Positions 55,801 to 64,000 of a stretch of DNA of 64,000 bases are shown here, in pieces. A model generated the notes under the pieces. That model ran no database searches. It saw only the letters and a program-made list of their open reading frames with translations, and had not been told where the DNA came from. How positions within the stretch are numbered: position 1 is the first letter of the stretch; every line of letters starts with the position of its first letter. The translations under genes were made by a program, and so were the position numbers. The DNA is taken from contig DJJA01000003.1 of NCBI GenBank assembly GCA_002433895.1, positions 175,788 through 239,787 of the forward strand. The letters are read 5' to 3'. This DNA comes from Candidatus Gottesmanbacteria bacterium UBA6580. Lineage in GTDB: Bacteria > Patescibacteriota > Microgenomatia > UBA10105 > UBA927.

Positions 55801-57201
55801 ATGAATGGATTAGCGAGTGAGTTGGCGTCCGAAAAAAAACATAATGTATTGGTCTACATCTTTAATATGTCGGAAGATGTATGGCCGTTTATTTGCGCCA
55901 TGTCAGACGCAAATGCAAAAAGCGCGGAGATAGTCGAGAATGGCTACCTGGGAGACTCACGGATGTTTCAGTTTGCTGGAGAAAAAGACGAAGTCCTCTA
56001 TATCACTCCTCAGGCAGTAAGTGCGCAATTTTTGGATTATTTCCATACGCTGTTTCCCGATACGCATCTTACGGTTGTTACCACAGGGCAACACAGCGGA
56101 GTAATATGTGAAGACATTCAGCATGATCCGTCCATAATGAATGTGCTCATTGAAGCGGCAAATTCCACAAAAAAATTGACGATGACGAGTTATAGCGCCA
56201 GTCAGCCGTTTTTACACCTTGTTCGCGCGTTGCGGGACCGAGGACTGACGATCGCAACCCCGGAGGCGCCGGACGAAGAAGACGCGTGGACGGTGAATTT
56301 TTTCGGGAGTAAATCCGGTATCCGGCAACTGGCGCAGCAAAGCGGACACGAAGAACCGGATTTTAAAATGGCAGATGGCGTGATTTGTTTCGGTATAGAA
56401 GACGCATCAAAAATAGCGGCAATTAGATACGTGAAAGAACAAGGAGTAGTTATCAAAACAAACAAGGGTCACTCCGGAATGGGAGTTGAGATTTTTAGAC
56501 CCGGCGATTTGCCAACGGAGTTTAACGAGTGCCAGAAGAAAATTTTTGACATGCTGAACAAAGACGCGTATTGGCAGCAGTTTCCGATCATTATAGAGAA
56601 ACTTATTCCGGTCAGTATGAGTGTAGCAGGAGGAAATCCGAATGTGGAATTTAAAATTTCCCGTAATGGTCATATAGATTTTTTGTATCAATGTGGAGTG
56701 TTGGTCGATAAAGACGGCGCGTTTCATGGTATAGAGGTGGGGCACGATATTATGCCGGAACGGGTAGCAGCACAAATCAAAGATACAGGGTTTTATATAG
56801 CAGAACGGTTTGCTGCCGCGGGATATCGAGGATATTTTGACGTGGATTGTGTGGCAGGAAGAAACGGCGAAGTATATGTTGCTGAGAGTAACGTGCGGAG
56901 CACGGGCGGAACGTTTGTCTACATGACCGCCGTCGCGTTGTTTGGTGAAAATTTTATGTTTGACACATATCTTTTTTCAAACAACGGATACATGATACCG
57001 CATCTCAAGCATATGACATTCCCTAAATTGCTGGAGCGTCTGTCACCCATACTGTTTAGTAAAGAAACCAAAGAAGGACTAGTACTCACATCGGAAAATC
57101 TGTTGCGTATGCAGAAATTCTCTTTTATTATTTTTGCCAAGACCAAAAAGCGCTCCATGGAAATTGAAGCCCGCATGATAGAGCTCCTCAACAGACAGTA
57201 A
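55801..57201 (+). CDS. ATP-grasp ligase with pre-ATP-grasp domain (PGM1-like by pattern)
   Basis: SKSGIRQLA, VVIKTNKGHSGMG, IIIEKLI, GYRGYFDVD, AESNVRSTGGT. Confidence 0.7.
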   Translation: MNGLASELASEKKHNVLVYIFNMSEDVWPFICAMSDANAKSAEIVENGYLGDSRMFQFAGEKDEVLYITPQAVSAQFLDYFHTLFPDTHLTVVTTGQHSGVICEDIQHDPSIMNVLIEAANSTKKLTMTSYSASQPFLHLVRALRDRGLTIATPEAPDEEDAWTVNFFGSKSGIRQLAQQSGHEEPDFKMADGVICFGIEDASKIAAIRYVKEQGVVIKTNKGHSGMGVEIFRPGDLPTEFNECQKKIFDMLNKDAYWQQFPIIIEKLIPVSMSVAGGNPNVEFKISRNGHIDFLYQCGVLVDKDGAFHGIEVGHDIMPERVAAQIKDTGFYIAERFAAAGYRGYFDVDCVAGRNGEVYVAESNVRSTGGTFVYMTAVALFGENFMFDTYLFSNNGYMIPHLKHMTFPKLLERLSPILFSKETKEGLVLTSENLLRMQKFSFIIFAKTKKRSMEIEARMIELLNRQ

Positions 57202-57242
57202 GTTCCATATTCATCATAATTGCAGTAAAATAAGCCTATCTC

Positions 57243-57325
57243 GGGTGTGTAGCTCAGTGGTACCTGCCCGCCATCGCAAGCATGAGCTTTTGCTCAGGCG
57301 TTGCAGGCGGGGAGCGCTATCCTTA
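57243..57325 (+). repeat. Duplicated tRNA-Ile 5' half with a 49-nt hairpin inserted in the D-loop
   Basis: GGGTGTGTAGCTCAGTGGTA-[57263-57311, CCCGCC...GGCGGG]-GAGCGCTATCCTTA. Confidence 0.85.
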
Positions 57326-57337
57326 AGTTATGAATAC

Positions 57338-57576
57338 GGGTGTGTAGCTCAGTGGTAGAGCGCTATCCTTATAGCGAAAACTAATATTATATTGTTGTTT
57401 TCGATATATCGGGTACGAACATTGATAAGTGGGCACAAAGGGGCCAGTAGCTCAGTGGCAGAGCGCTATCCTTATAAGATAGATGTCCTTGGTCCGATCC
57501 CAAGCTGGCCCACTAGCATAATTTCGTACCCGCTATAAGATAGATGTCCTTGGTCCGATCCCAAGCACACCCACCA
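57338..57576 (+). tRNA. tRNA-Ile(TAT) interrupted by a 164-nt insertion in the anticodon loop
   Basis: 5' half 57338-57373 plus 3' half 57538-57576 give a 72-nt cloverleaf plus encoded CCA; acceptor GGGTGTG/CACACCC. Confidence 0.75.
57441..57512 (+). tRNA. Intact tRNA-Ile(TAT) nested in the insertion
   Basis: Acceptor GGGCCAG/CTGGCCC, D GCTC/GAGC, anticodon arm CTATC-CTTATAA-GATAG, T arm CTTGG-TCCGATC-CCAAG. Confidence 0.88.
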
Positions 57577-57597
57577 AAAATTACAACGTGACTGTTC

Positions 57598-57638
57598 TAA
57601 GGCAGATGTCTCTGGTCTGACCTAAAGTGTACTTACTA
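57598..57638 (+). pseudogene. Decayed tRNA-Ile 3' half
   Basis: Ungapped 27/41 match to 57536-57576 by manual count. Confidence 0.65.
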
Positions 57639-58129
57639 TGAAAACCGTATCAATAGAAGAAATTGAAACGATCGCAACAAAGTTAGCGCAGGAAAAAAAA
57701 CACTGGCATTATCATCTTTTGACTCCGACGTGCCAATTTAATGAAACAAATCGTCACGCCTTCGTTCTGGAGAATAATTCCGATCAAGAATATTACGTCT
57801 ATTATTCCGAAGAACCGGCGATGGCTTTAGGAAAGCGGTTACTGAGTGTTTTGCATGGGGAAGATATCCTTACCACAGCTGCTGATGTGGTGTCACCCGC
57901 CGTCGCAAAGATATTACGTAAAGCCCAACAGCTAAACACTGCCGGAAAATTCTGGCACCATCATGTCTTTTTTCCAACATGCAGATATAACCGTCATCCC
58001 GGAAAGTGGAATATCATTTTTGAAGATCAGCAGGAAAAGGGAGTGTTGGAAAGCTTGAGTGATAGTAATCCAAAACAAGATCAGAAGGAAATCGAACGGC
58101 TTTATTATCAGCAGAAAACGCTTACATAA
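57638..58129 (+). CDS. Hypothetical protein with internal duplication of a His/Cys motif
   Basis: WHYHLLTPTCQFN and WHHHVFFPTCRYN. Confidence 0.7.
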   Translation: MKTVSIEEIETIATKLAQEKKHWHYHLLTPTCQFNETNRHAFVLENNSDQEYYVYYSEEPAMALGKRLLSVLHGEDILTTAADVVSPAVAKILRKAQQLNTAGKFWHHHVFFPTCRYNRHPGKWNIIFEDQQEKGVLESLSDSNPKQDQKEIERLYYQQKTLT

Positions 58130-58143
58130 TTTTTTTGAAACAT

Positions 58144-58671
58144 ATGCAAGAACAGGTTGTCCTGGTTGATGAGCAAAATAATCCGATAGGAACAGCGGAT
58201 AAAGATACGGTGCACACGACTGCTACACCGCTCCATCGGGCGTTTTCTCTTTTTTTGTTTAATTCCAGGGGGCAGGTGCTGTTGACCAAGCGTGCGGCAA
58301 CAAAAAAAACTTTTCCCGGCGTGTGGACAAATACCGTATGCGGACACTTGTCTCCCGATGAAGACACCGTGAGCGCGGCAACGCGAAGGCTTTCAGAAGA
58401 ACTTGGCATTACAGGGGTCACGGTAAAAGAAGTAGCTCCCTATCGTTACCGGTTTGCCGACCGAAACGGTATCGTGGAAAATGAAATTTGTCCGATCACC
58501 GTAGCGACCTATGACGGTGACCCGCTTCCTCATAAAGATGAAGTAGATGAATGGAAGTGGGTGGATTGGAAAGTTTTTTTACAAGATATCCGCGATAACC
58601 CAGAGCCTTACTCACCATGGAGCAGGGAAGAGGCAGCAATTCTTACGACGAAACTTCCACTGAAAGGTTAG
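58144..58671 (+). CDS. idi: Type 1 isopentenyl-diphosphate delta-isomerase
   Basis: VVLVDE..N.IG, LHRAFS, FPGVWTNTVCGH, RRLSEELGI, VENEICP, YSPW. Confidence 0.93.
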   Translation: MQEQVVLVDEQNNPIGTADKDTVHTTATPLHRAFSLFLFNSRGQVLLTKRAATKKTFPGVWTNTVCGHLSPDEDTVSAATRRLSEELGITGVTVKEVAPYRYRFADRNGIVENEICPITVATYDGDPLPHKDEVDEWKWVDWKVFLQDIRDNPEPYSPWSREEAAILTTKLPLKG

Positions 58672-59710
58672 GTGAGGCAATAATGCTGCCCCAGTGTTCC
58701 GGAGTTCCCTGGAAATACGCGTACGCCCCAATATAGACTGCATTATCCGTGCACAGCGAAACCGGTGGCACGTGAAGTGAGATGTGTTCGTTTGTGAGTG
58801 CTTCCTGAAATTTTTCGCGAAGCCTTAGGTTAGCAGATACACCTCCGGAAAGAAGTATGGATTGTGCGTTGTGTTTTTGTGCCGCATGAAGTGTTTTTTT
58901 GACCAGTACATCAGTGATCGTTTCCTGTACTTCATGTGACATATAGCGGATCGTTTCCTCGGTAAGCCGGTTGTTTGTTTTACATGTATTTACTTCACGG
59001 AGAATGGCAGTTTTTAGTCCGCTGAAAGAAAAATTAAATTCATTGTCATGATCAAGCATGGGCCGGGGTAGCCGTATAGGATCGGCAAGCGCATCTGCCT
59101 GTTGGAATTTTTTGGCTGCTTCCTGAATACTGACGCCACCACCGTGACCAAATCCTAATAACCGCGCGGTTTTATCAAAACATTCGCCTGCGGCATCGTC
59201 CAGTGTGCCACCTAACCAGGTGAGGGTGTTGGGCGACTGCATGAGATAGAGCTCTGTGTGACCGCCGGAAACGACCAGTGAAATCGCCGGGAATTGTATT
59301 TCGTTACTTTGTTTCGTAACAACGAAGTTGGCATACATATGTGCCAGCACGTGGTTTACCGGGATGATCGGTTTACCTGTAACCATGGCAATTGTTTTTG
59401 CGGTTTCTACCCCTACCAGCAGGCTGCCGATAAGTCCCGGGCCAACGGCGATGGCAATGGTATCAATGTTGTCATTAATCATGCGCAGCAGCGAAGGTTT
59501 TTCTCCGCCATAAAATGGCGCGAGCGCTTCGGTAATAACCGGGATAATGTAGTCTAGCTGCATCCGGGCGGCTACCTCAGGGACGATGCCGCCGTATTTT
59601 TCGTGCATTTCTTTTGATGTTGAGACAACATTTGAAATTATTGTCGTGCCGTTTTCTATGACCGCCGCGGCGGTTTCATCACAAGATGATTCAATAGCGA
59701 GAGTTCTCAT
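58643..59710 (-). CDS. tsaD: tRNA N6-adenosine threonylcarbamoyltransferase
   Basis: AIESSCDET, GPGLIGSL, NHVLAH, VSGGHT, DDAAGECFDK, FSFSGLKT, CTDNA. Confidence 0.97.
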   Translation of the reverse strand: MRTLAIESSCDETAAAVIENGTTIISNVVSTSKEMHEKYGGIVPEVAARMQLDYIIPVITEALAPFYGGEKPSLLRMINDNIDTIAIAVGPGLIGSLLVGVETAKTIAMVTGKPIIPVNHVLAHMYANFVVTKQSNEIQFPAISLVVSGGHTELYLMQSPNTLTWLGGTLDDAAGECFDKTARLLGFGHGGGVSIQEAAKKFQQADALADPIRLPRPMLDHDNEFNFSFSGLKTAILREVNTCKTNNRLTEETIRYMSHEVQETITDVLVKKTLHAAQKHNAQSILLSGGVSANLRLREKFQEALTNEHISLHVPPVSLCTDNAVYIGAYAYFQGTPEHWGSIIASPNLSVEVSS

Positions 59711-59777
59711 GCGTCCATTTTACTACAATCGGTTTACACGGCTGTAGTAAACGACAAGAGGTTAAGGCGATTGCAGA

Positions 59778-60194
59778 TTATTCGAGGCCGAGAAGTTTGG
59801 TAAGTTGCGTGGTAGATGGCGTATGGATTTTCGGGATAACAATGACGACCGCTCCGACAAGCGCTGCGTGATTGCGCTTTTTATTTTCCATAGCATCGCC
59901 CTCGGTGATGGCGATAATCGCGGGGCTGACTGTTTTAACCAGCGCGCCGTATTCAGCATCTGTTTTTAGTGGGGGGAGTGAAATCACCTCATCGACAACT
60001 CTGAGGGATTCGAGCATTGCCCTGCGTTGCTTTTGTGAGTGAATTGGCCTTGTTTCACCTTTCATGCGCTTCACGTTTTCATCTGACTCCAGGGCAACAA
60101 CGAGGTAGTCACCTAGTTTTTTGGATTCCTCCAAAAATATAATGTGCCCAAAGTGAAGCAAATCAAAGCAGCCGCCCACCAATACTTTTTTCAT
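59778..60194 (-). CDS. Cytidylyltransferase-family protein (TagD/RfaE-II/RibL-like)
   Basis: GGCFDLLHFGH HIGH motif, RPI, STT. Confidence 0.85.
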   Translation of the reverse strand: MKKVLVGGCFDLLHFGHIIFLEESKKLGDYLVVALESDENVKRMKGETRPIHSQKQRRAMLESLRVVDEVISLPPLKTDAEYGALVKTVSPAIIAITEGDAMENKKRNHAALVGAVVIVIPKIHTPSTTQLTKLLGLE

Positions 60195-60195
60195 A

Positions 60196-61623
60196 TTATT
60201 GCGTCGCTACTCCCCGCAGATACACTGCCTGCCAGGGACGGAAGTTAGAGGTAAATTTGGTGTCCTGCAGCACTTCATTACCGCGGGTTACCCGGTAACC
60301 AAATGAAGCTTTTGCCCCTGCTGCCGCCCAGTCAACCTGTTTGACAACACCAGCGGGAAGCGTGGGATCGTCCTGGTATAGAGGGGCAGGTGCGGCTGTC
60401 TGTCCCCACACAATATGGTCGTAAATCTCACTGCTTCTGCCATCATGGGTGCCGTAGAGCTCAAACGTAAGTGTGAGGTTTTTGGTATCGGTGGTTGTCT
60501 GGATAAGGATATGTGCCGGCGTGTCATTTTTAATTTTAAGATCAACACTTGGGGAAAATACCGTCGCGTCCAGTCCGGGTTTGAATCCGCCTTCTTCGTA
60601 GTAATGGACTCGGTACGCGTGTGCTTGACGTTCGACGATGGGGAGGCCTGCATGTAATGCGGCGCGGAACATTGTGGAGCTTACCTGGCAGACACCGCCG
60701 CCATCTCCCAAAACGGTACGCCCATCCTTAATAATATATGCGGATTGGTAGCCGGTGGCTGCGGATATATCACCTATCGCATCATTAAATGAAAATGTTT
60801 CCCCTGGGGGTATAAGTACGCCATTGATACGGGACGCGGCAAGCGCCACATTGTGGATTCGCCCTGGTATCGAGCCCTGGAATTCCGAATACCCGCGGCC
60901 GATAAGTTCTTTTATGCCGAATGAGTTTACTTTTCCTGTGGTCGCTTCCGGTTCTATGACATAGACGGGGAGACTGATGACGATGTGATAGAGCGGCGCG
61001 TGGGGAAGCGCTTTAACCGCGGCTTCAAACCTGGTGAATGCTTCCTGCTGGTTGACTTGTAATCCATTTTTGGACGCCCTGAACGCGGTGACGCGGCCGT
61101 TTGTGAATTTGAACAATGCTTCTTGTACGGGGATATCGATGCGTGATGCAAGATGTGTTACAGCTTCGGTGACGAGGTCGGTTTTCCACCGGAAGTAGGG
61201 GGTGAGCGTGACGGTTCCACGGAAAAATTTCGTCATTAGGTCACCCAGAAAATCCCCTGACCTTCCTACCGCATATGCCTGGGCAGCCGACAGCGTTGCG
61301 TCGTAGCCTAAATCAAGCGCTTTTCCGGAAACACTCGCCGATTCCCCTTCGTATTTGAATTCAAAAACAGCATTGGCAAATGGTATGTTTTGGCGGCTCC
61401 AGTATGCTTCGACATCCGCGGGCGTTTTCCCGCCGAATGGAATTCCGTCTATGGTGACGTTGGGATACACTTTTCCTTCATAGTACGCATCATACGCAGA
61501 AAGTCCGATGGCTCCGGATATGAGTAATAGCACGAAACCTACCGCGATGTTGCGGAGGGTGGAAAATGACGGTTTTGGTGCCGATGGACTTACCGAGGGA
61601 TTATCTCTCATGTTATGATACAT
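60196..61623 (-). CDS. VanW-family protein with peptidoglycan-binding domain
   Basis: TM; RIHNVALA...LIPPGETFSFN...GGGVCQVSST; start may be 61611. Confidence 0.92.
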   Translation of the reverse strand: MYHNMRDNPSVSPSAPKPSFSTLRNIAVGFVLLLISGAIGLSAYDAYYEGKVYPNVTIDGIPFGGKTPADVEAYWSRQNIPFANAVFEFKYEGESASVSGKALDLGYDATLSAAQAYAVGRSGDFLGDLMTKFFRGTVTLTPYFRWKTDLVTEAVTHLASRIDIPVQEALFKFTNGRVTAFRASKNGLQVNQQEAFTRFEAAVKALPHAPLYHIVISLPVYVIEPEATTGKVNSFGIKELIGRGYSEFQGSIPGRIHNVALAASRINGVLIPPGETFSFNDAIGDISAATGYQSAYIIKDGRTVLGDGGGVCQVSSTMFRAALHAGLPIVERQAHAYRVHYYEEGGFKPGLDATVFSPSVDLKIKNDTPAHILIQTTTDTKNLTLTFELYGTHDGRSSEIYDHIVWGQTAAPAPLYQDDPTLPAGVVKQVDWAAAGAKASFGYRVTRGNEVLQDTKFTSNFRPWQAVYLRGVATQ

Positions 61624-61639
61624 TGTACCCTACATTACT

Positions 61640-63196
61640 ATGGTTTCCCAAGACCCATCACCACCTGAAACACCAAGTGCTCCGTCTACTGGAGGCATAG
61701 GCATGGCAGAGCCCATATATCAGGCGCCGGTGACACCACCAGATACAATTGTCGTTCCGCCGGTAGATAAAGCAGGACCCGCGGAGACAAATCCCGAAGC
61801 GTCATTTCAAAATCCGTTTATCCCCAACGTGCAGGTGCCCACTACTGACGGAGCGCCACCATCCGGATCATCAAAGAAACCGTTATTGCGGATATTCTTT
61901 CTTATAGCAGGCTTGTTTATCCTTGGGATATTGGGATGGTTTATATGGGGGCGGGTGAGTGGAGGCGGTGTTACCCCTACCAAAGAAGTGACGCTGAATT
62001 ACTGGGGTTTATGGGAAAACGATGCGGTAACGCGCCAGTTCATTACCGAATATGAAAGTACGCATCCCGGGGTCAAGATACAATACACCCAACAATCACC
62101 GAAGCAGTACCGTGAGCGGTTGCAGTCAGCTATAAACCGCGGGGAGGGGCCGGATATATTCCGTTTCCATAATACGTGGATTCCGATGCTGCGCAGCCAG
62201 CTGGCATTAGTTCCTCCCGCCATAATGGCGCCGGCAGAATTTACCACGGCGTTTTTCCCGGTGGCGAGTAACGATCTGGTGGCGGGTACATCTATATTTG
62301 GATTACCGCTTATGATGGACGGTTTGGGTTTGTATATAAATGATGCGCTGTTTGCAACCGCGGGTGTGACAGAGCCAACAACCTGGACCGACGTCATTAA
62401 TCTCATTCCCAAGCTGACGGTGAAAAACGGCACAGCAATTGTGACCTCGGCGATCGCGTTGGGAACTACCAACAATGTGGAACACTTCAGCGACATCTTG
62501 GCGCTTATGTTTTTGCAAAACGGTGCGTCTATCGCAAATCCGGTAGGCAAAGAAGCAGAAGGAACACTTATCTTCTACCGGAAATTTTCGGATACATCCG
62601 ATCCGCTTTATACCTGGAGCGACGGGATGGATAATTCTATTTCCGCGTTTGCAAACGGTAGAGTCGCGATGATATTGGCTCCTTCCTGGCGGGCGCATGA
62701 AATTACACAGCTTAATCCGCAACTCCGGTTTCATATTGTGCCGGCACCGCAGTTGCAGGGCAACGCGGTAGCGTGGGCATCGTATTGGGTGGAAGGAGTA
62801 TCTTCACGGAGCCCCAATCAGGAAGCGGCATGGGAATTCGTAAAATACATGACGAGCGCGGAGGGTGCCACGAAGCTCTATACCGAAGCATCGAAGACCC
62901 GGCTATTTGGTGAGCCATACGCGCGGGTAGAGTTGGCAAACACCATCGCAGAAGATCCGTATTTGGGGGCGTTTGTGAAGCAGGCGGTATACGCGCGGTC
63001 GTTTCCCATGGCATCACGCACTTACGATAACGGCCTTAACGATAAACTTATCCAGTATGCTACCGATGCGGTAAACGGTATGGTGACCGGCGGATCCCCG
63101 ACGCAGGTATTAACAACTATGGCCGCCGGGTTCCGGCAAGTGTTGTCTTCGTATGGATTAACGAGTGGTGAACCGGAAATCAGTCCTGCCCCGTAA
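61640..63196 (+). CDS. ABC transporter solute-binding protein (sugar family), membrane-anchored
   Basis: Pro-rich N-terminus, TM, LNYWGLWE, GEGPDIF, FANGRVAM, AAWEFVKYM. Confidence 0.88.
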   Translation: MVSQDPSPPETPSAPSTGGIGMAEPIYQAPVTPPDTIVVPPVDKAGPAETNPEASFQNPFIPNVQVPTTDGAPPSGSSKKPLLRIFFLIAGLFILGILGWFIWGRVSGGGVTPTKEVTLNYWGLWENDAVTRQFITEYESTHPGVKIQYTQQSPKQYRERLQSAINRGEGPDIFRFHNTWIPMLRSQLALVPPAIMAPAEFTTAFFPVASNDLVAGTSIFGLPLMMDGLGLYINDALFATAGVTEPTTWTDVINLIPKLTVKNGTAIVTSAIALGTTNNVEHFSDILALMFLQNGASIANPVGKEAEGTLIFYRKFSDTSDPLYTWSDGMDNSISAFANGRVAMILAPSWRAHEITQLNPQLRFHIVPAPQLQGNAVAWASYWVEGVSSRSPNQEAAWEFVKYMTSAEGATKLYTEASKTRLFGEPYARVELANTIAEDPYLGAFVKQAVYARSFPMASRTYDNGLNDKLIQYATDAVNGMVTGGSPTQVLTTMAAGFRQVLSSYGLTSGEPEISPAP

Positions 63197-63208
63197 ACAC
63201 ACATAGGC

Positions 63209-64000
63209 ATGAAATTCACGCGCCTTCAAAAAGTTATCGCTACTGTGGCGTACGCGGATATTTTTGATTTTCCGTTGACGCGGGATGAAATAAAACGCTG
63301 GGCGGCCGGCGGCATTGATTACGTGCCTGCGGCACTTCCCGGTTTCGGTACCCCGAGTAAATCTATGGGGGAGTATGTATATTTACCCGGAAGAAAGCAG
63401 CTGGTGGCTTCCCGGCGTAGCCGCCAAAAAAGCGCGGTGGGCAAGTGGCAAAGGATACGTACCGCTGCCAGGTTTTTCCGGCTGGTGCCGACGGTGCTCC
63501 TTGTTGGGGTGACGGGGGGGCTTGCTATGGATAACGCCAAGGAAGGCGATGATATTGATTTGTTTTTTATCTCTCGGAAAAACACACTCTGGCTGACCAG
63601 GAGTCTGGTGACCTTGGTTGCAGAGGTTCTGGGGATACGCAGGCGGCCGGGTGACCGGCGGGTGAAAGACAAAATATGCCTCAATATGTTTATGGCAGAA
63701 GACGCGTTGTCGTTGCCTTTGGGTGAGCAGGATTTCTTTGCTGCGCACGAGGTGTTGCAGATGGTGCCGCTCTGGGAGCAGGAGGGGATTTATCAGCGCT
63801 TCCTGTTGGCGAACCGTTGGGTGCGTTATTTTCTTCCCAACGCGTGGAACGAAAAAACACATGGGCGTGCTGCCGGTAAGAAAACCAGGAAGAGGAGTAT
63901 ATTTTCGTGGATGAACTTGATGGCTGGCTTGCTGGAACCTATAGCATTTTTCATGCAGCAGGCATACATGCGTAAGCGGCGGACAAGTGAGGTAATAGTA
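63209..64000 (+). CDS. Pol-beta-like nucleotidyltransferase-domain protein (partial, runs off window end)
   Basis: Manual translation MKFTRLQKVIATVAYADIFDFPLT...GVTGGLAMDNAKEGDDIDLFFI...DKICLNMF. Confidence 0.75.
   Translation, partial: MKFTRLQKVIATVAYADIFDFPLTRDEIKRWAAGGIDYVPAALPGFGTPSKSMGEYVYLPGRKQLVASRRSRQKSAVGKWQRIRTAARFFRLVPTVLLVGVTGGLAMDNAKEGDDIDLFFISRKNTLWLTRSLVTLVAEVLGIRRRPGDRRVKDKICLNMFMAEDALSLPLGEQDFFAAHEVLQMVPLWEQEGIYQRFLLANRWVRYFLPNAWNEKTHGRAAGKKTRKRSIFSWMNLMAGLLEPIAFFMQQAYMRKRRTSEVIV

Noticed and set aside
423-63914. Numerous short ORFs in the track overlapping longer genes (for example 21289-21903, 37786-38424, 42670-43302, 48499-49065, 63383-63862)
   Set aside because: Antisense or alternate-frame shadows of well-supported genes, with no motifs of their own.
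1-64000. CRISPR array, rRNA, IS transposase, reverse transcriptase
   Set aside because: No regularly spaced repeat-spacer array and no recognisable motifs for these were seen.

Overview
Bacterial chromosome segment whose gene repertoire and style suggest a Patescibacteria/CPR (Microgenomates-like) genome; this taxonomic call is inference. The backbone is housekeeping and envelope genes: murJ, an ECF sigma/anti-sigma module, two tandem class A PBPs, sodA, gapN, nrdR-nrdJ-pduO with an NrdR box and a cobalamin riboswitch, a VirD4/TraD-like ATPase, idi, tsaD, VanW and an ABC solute-binding protein. The accessory part is an AT-rich region of about 13.7 kb (14162-27845) integrated at the 3' end of tRNA-Asn(GTT). 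It resolves into two tandem elements sharing a TGCTCC(C) att core. The first is a phage-satellite-like element (15960-27845) with a serine integrase, HTH replication initiator, XRE repressor, TerS-like gene, a type I R-M operon and a co-transcribed CBASS (CD-NTase plus Cap15-like effector). The second is an older integrase-less remnant (14162-15966) carrying candidate defence genes. Three observations stand out. (1) The att core lies inside the integrase 3' end, so excision would replace the terminal ...LPR* with a 48-residue tail encoded at the far end of the element, and a homologous decayed tail sits at the older att site. (2) A tRNA-Ile(UAU) locus has a complete tRNA nested inside the anticodon-loop insertion of another, bracketed by a further 5' half and a decayed 3' half. 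(3) At both tRNA loci, duplicated tRNA 5' halves carry hairpins inserted in the D-loop, in one case flanking a GIY-YIG nuclease. All family assignments come from motif recognition by eye, with no database searches.
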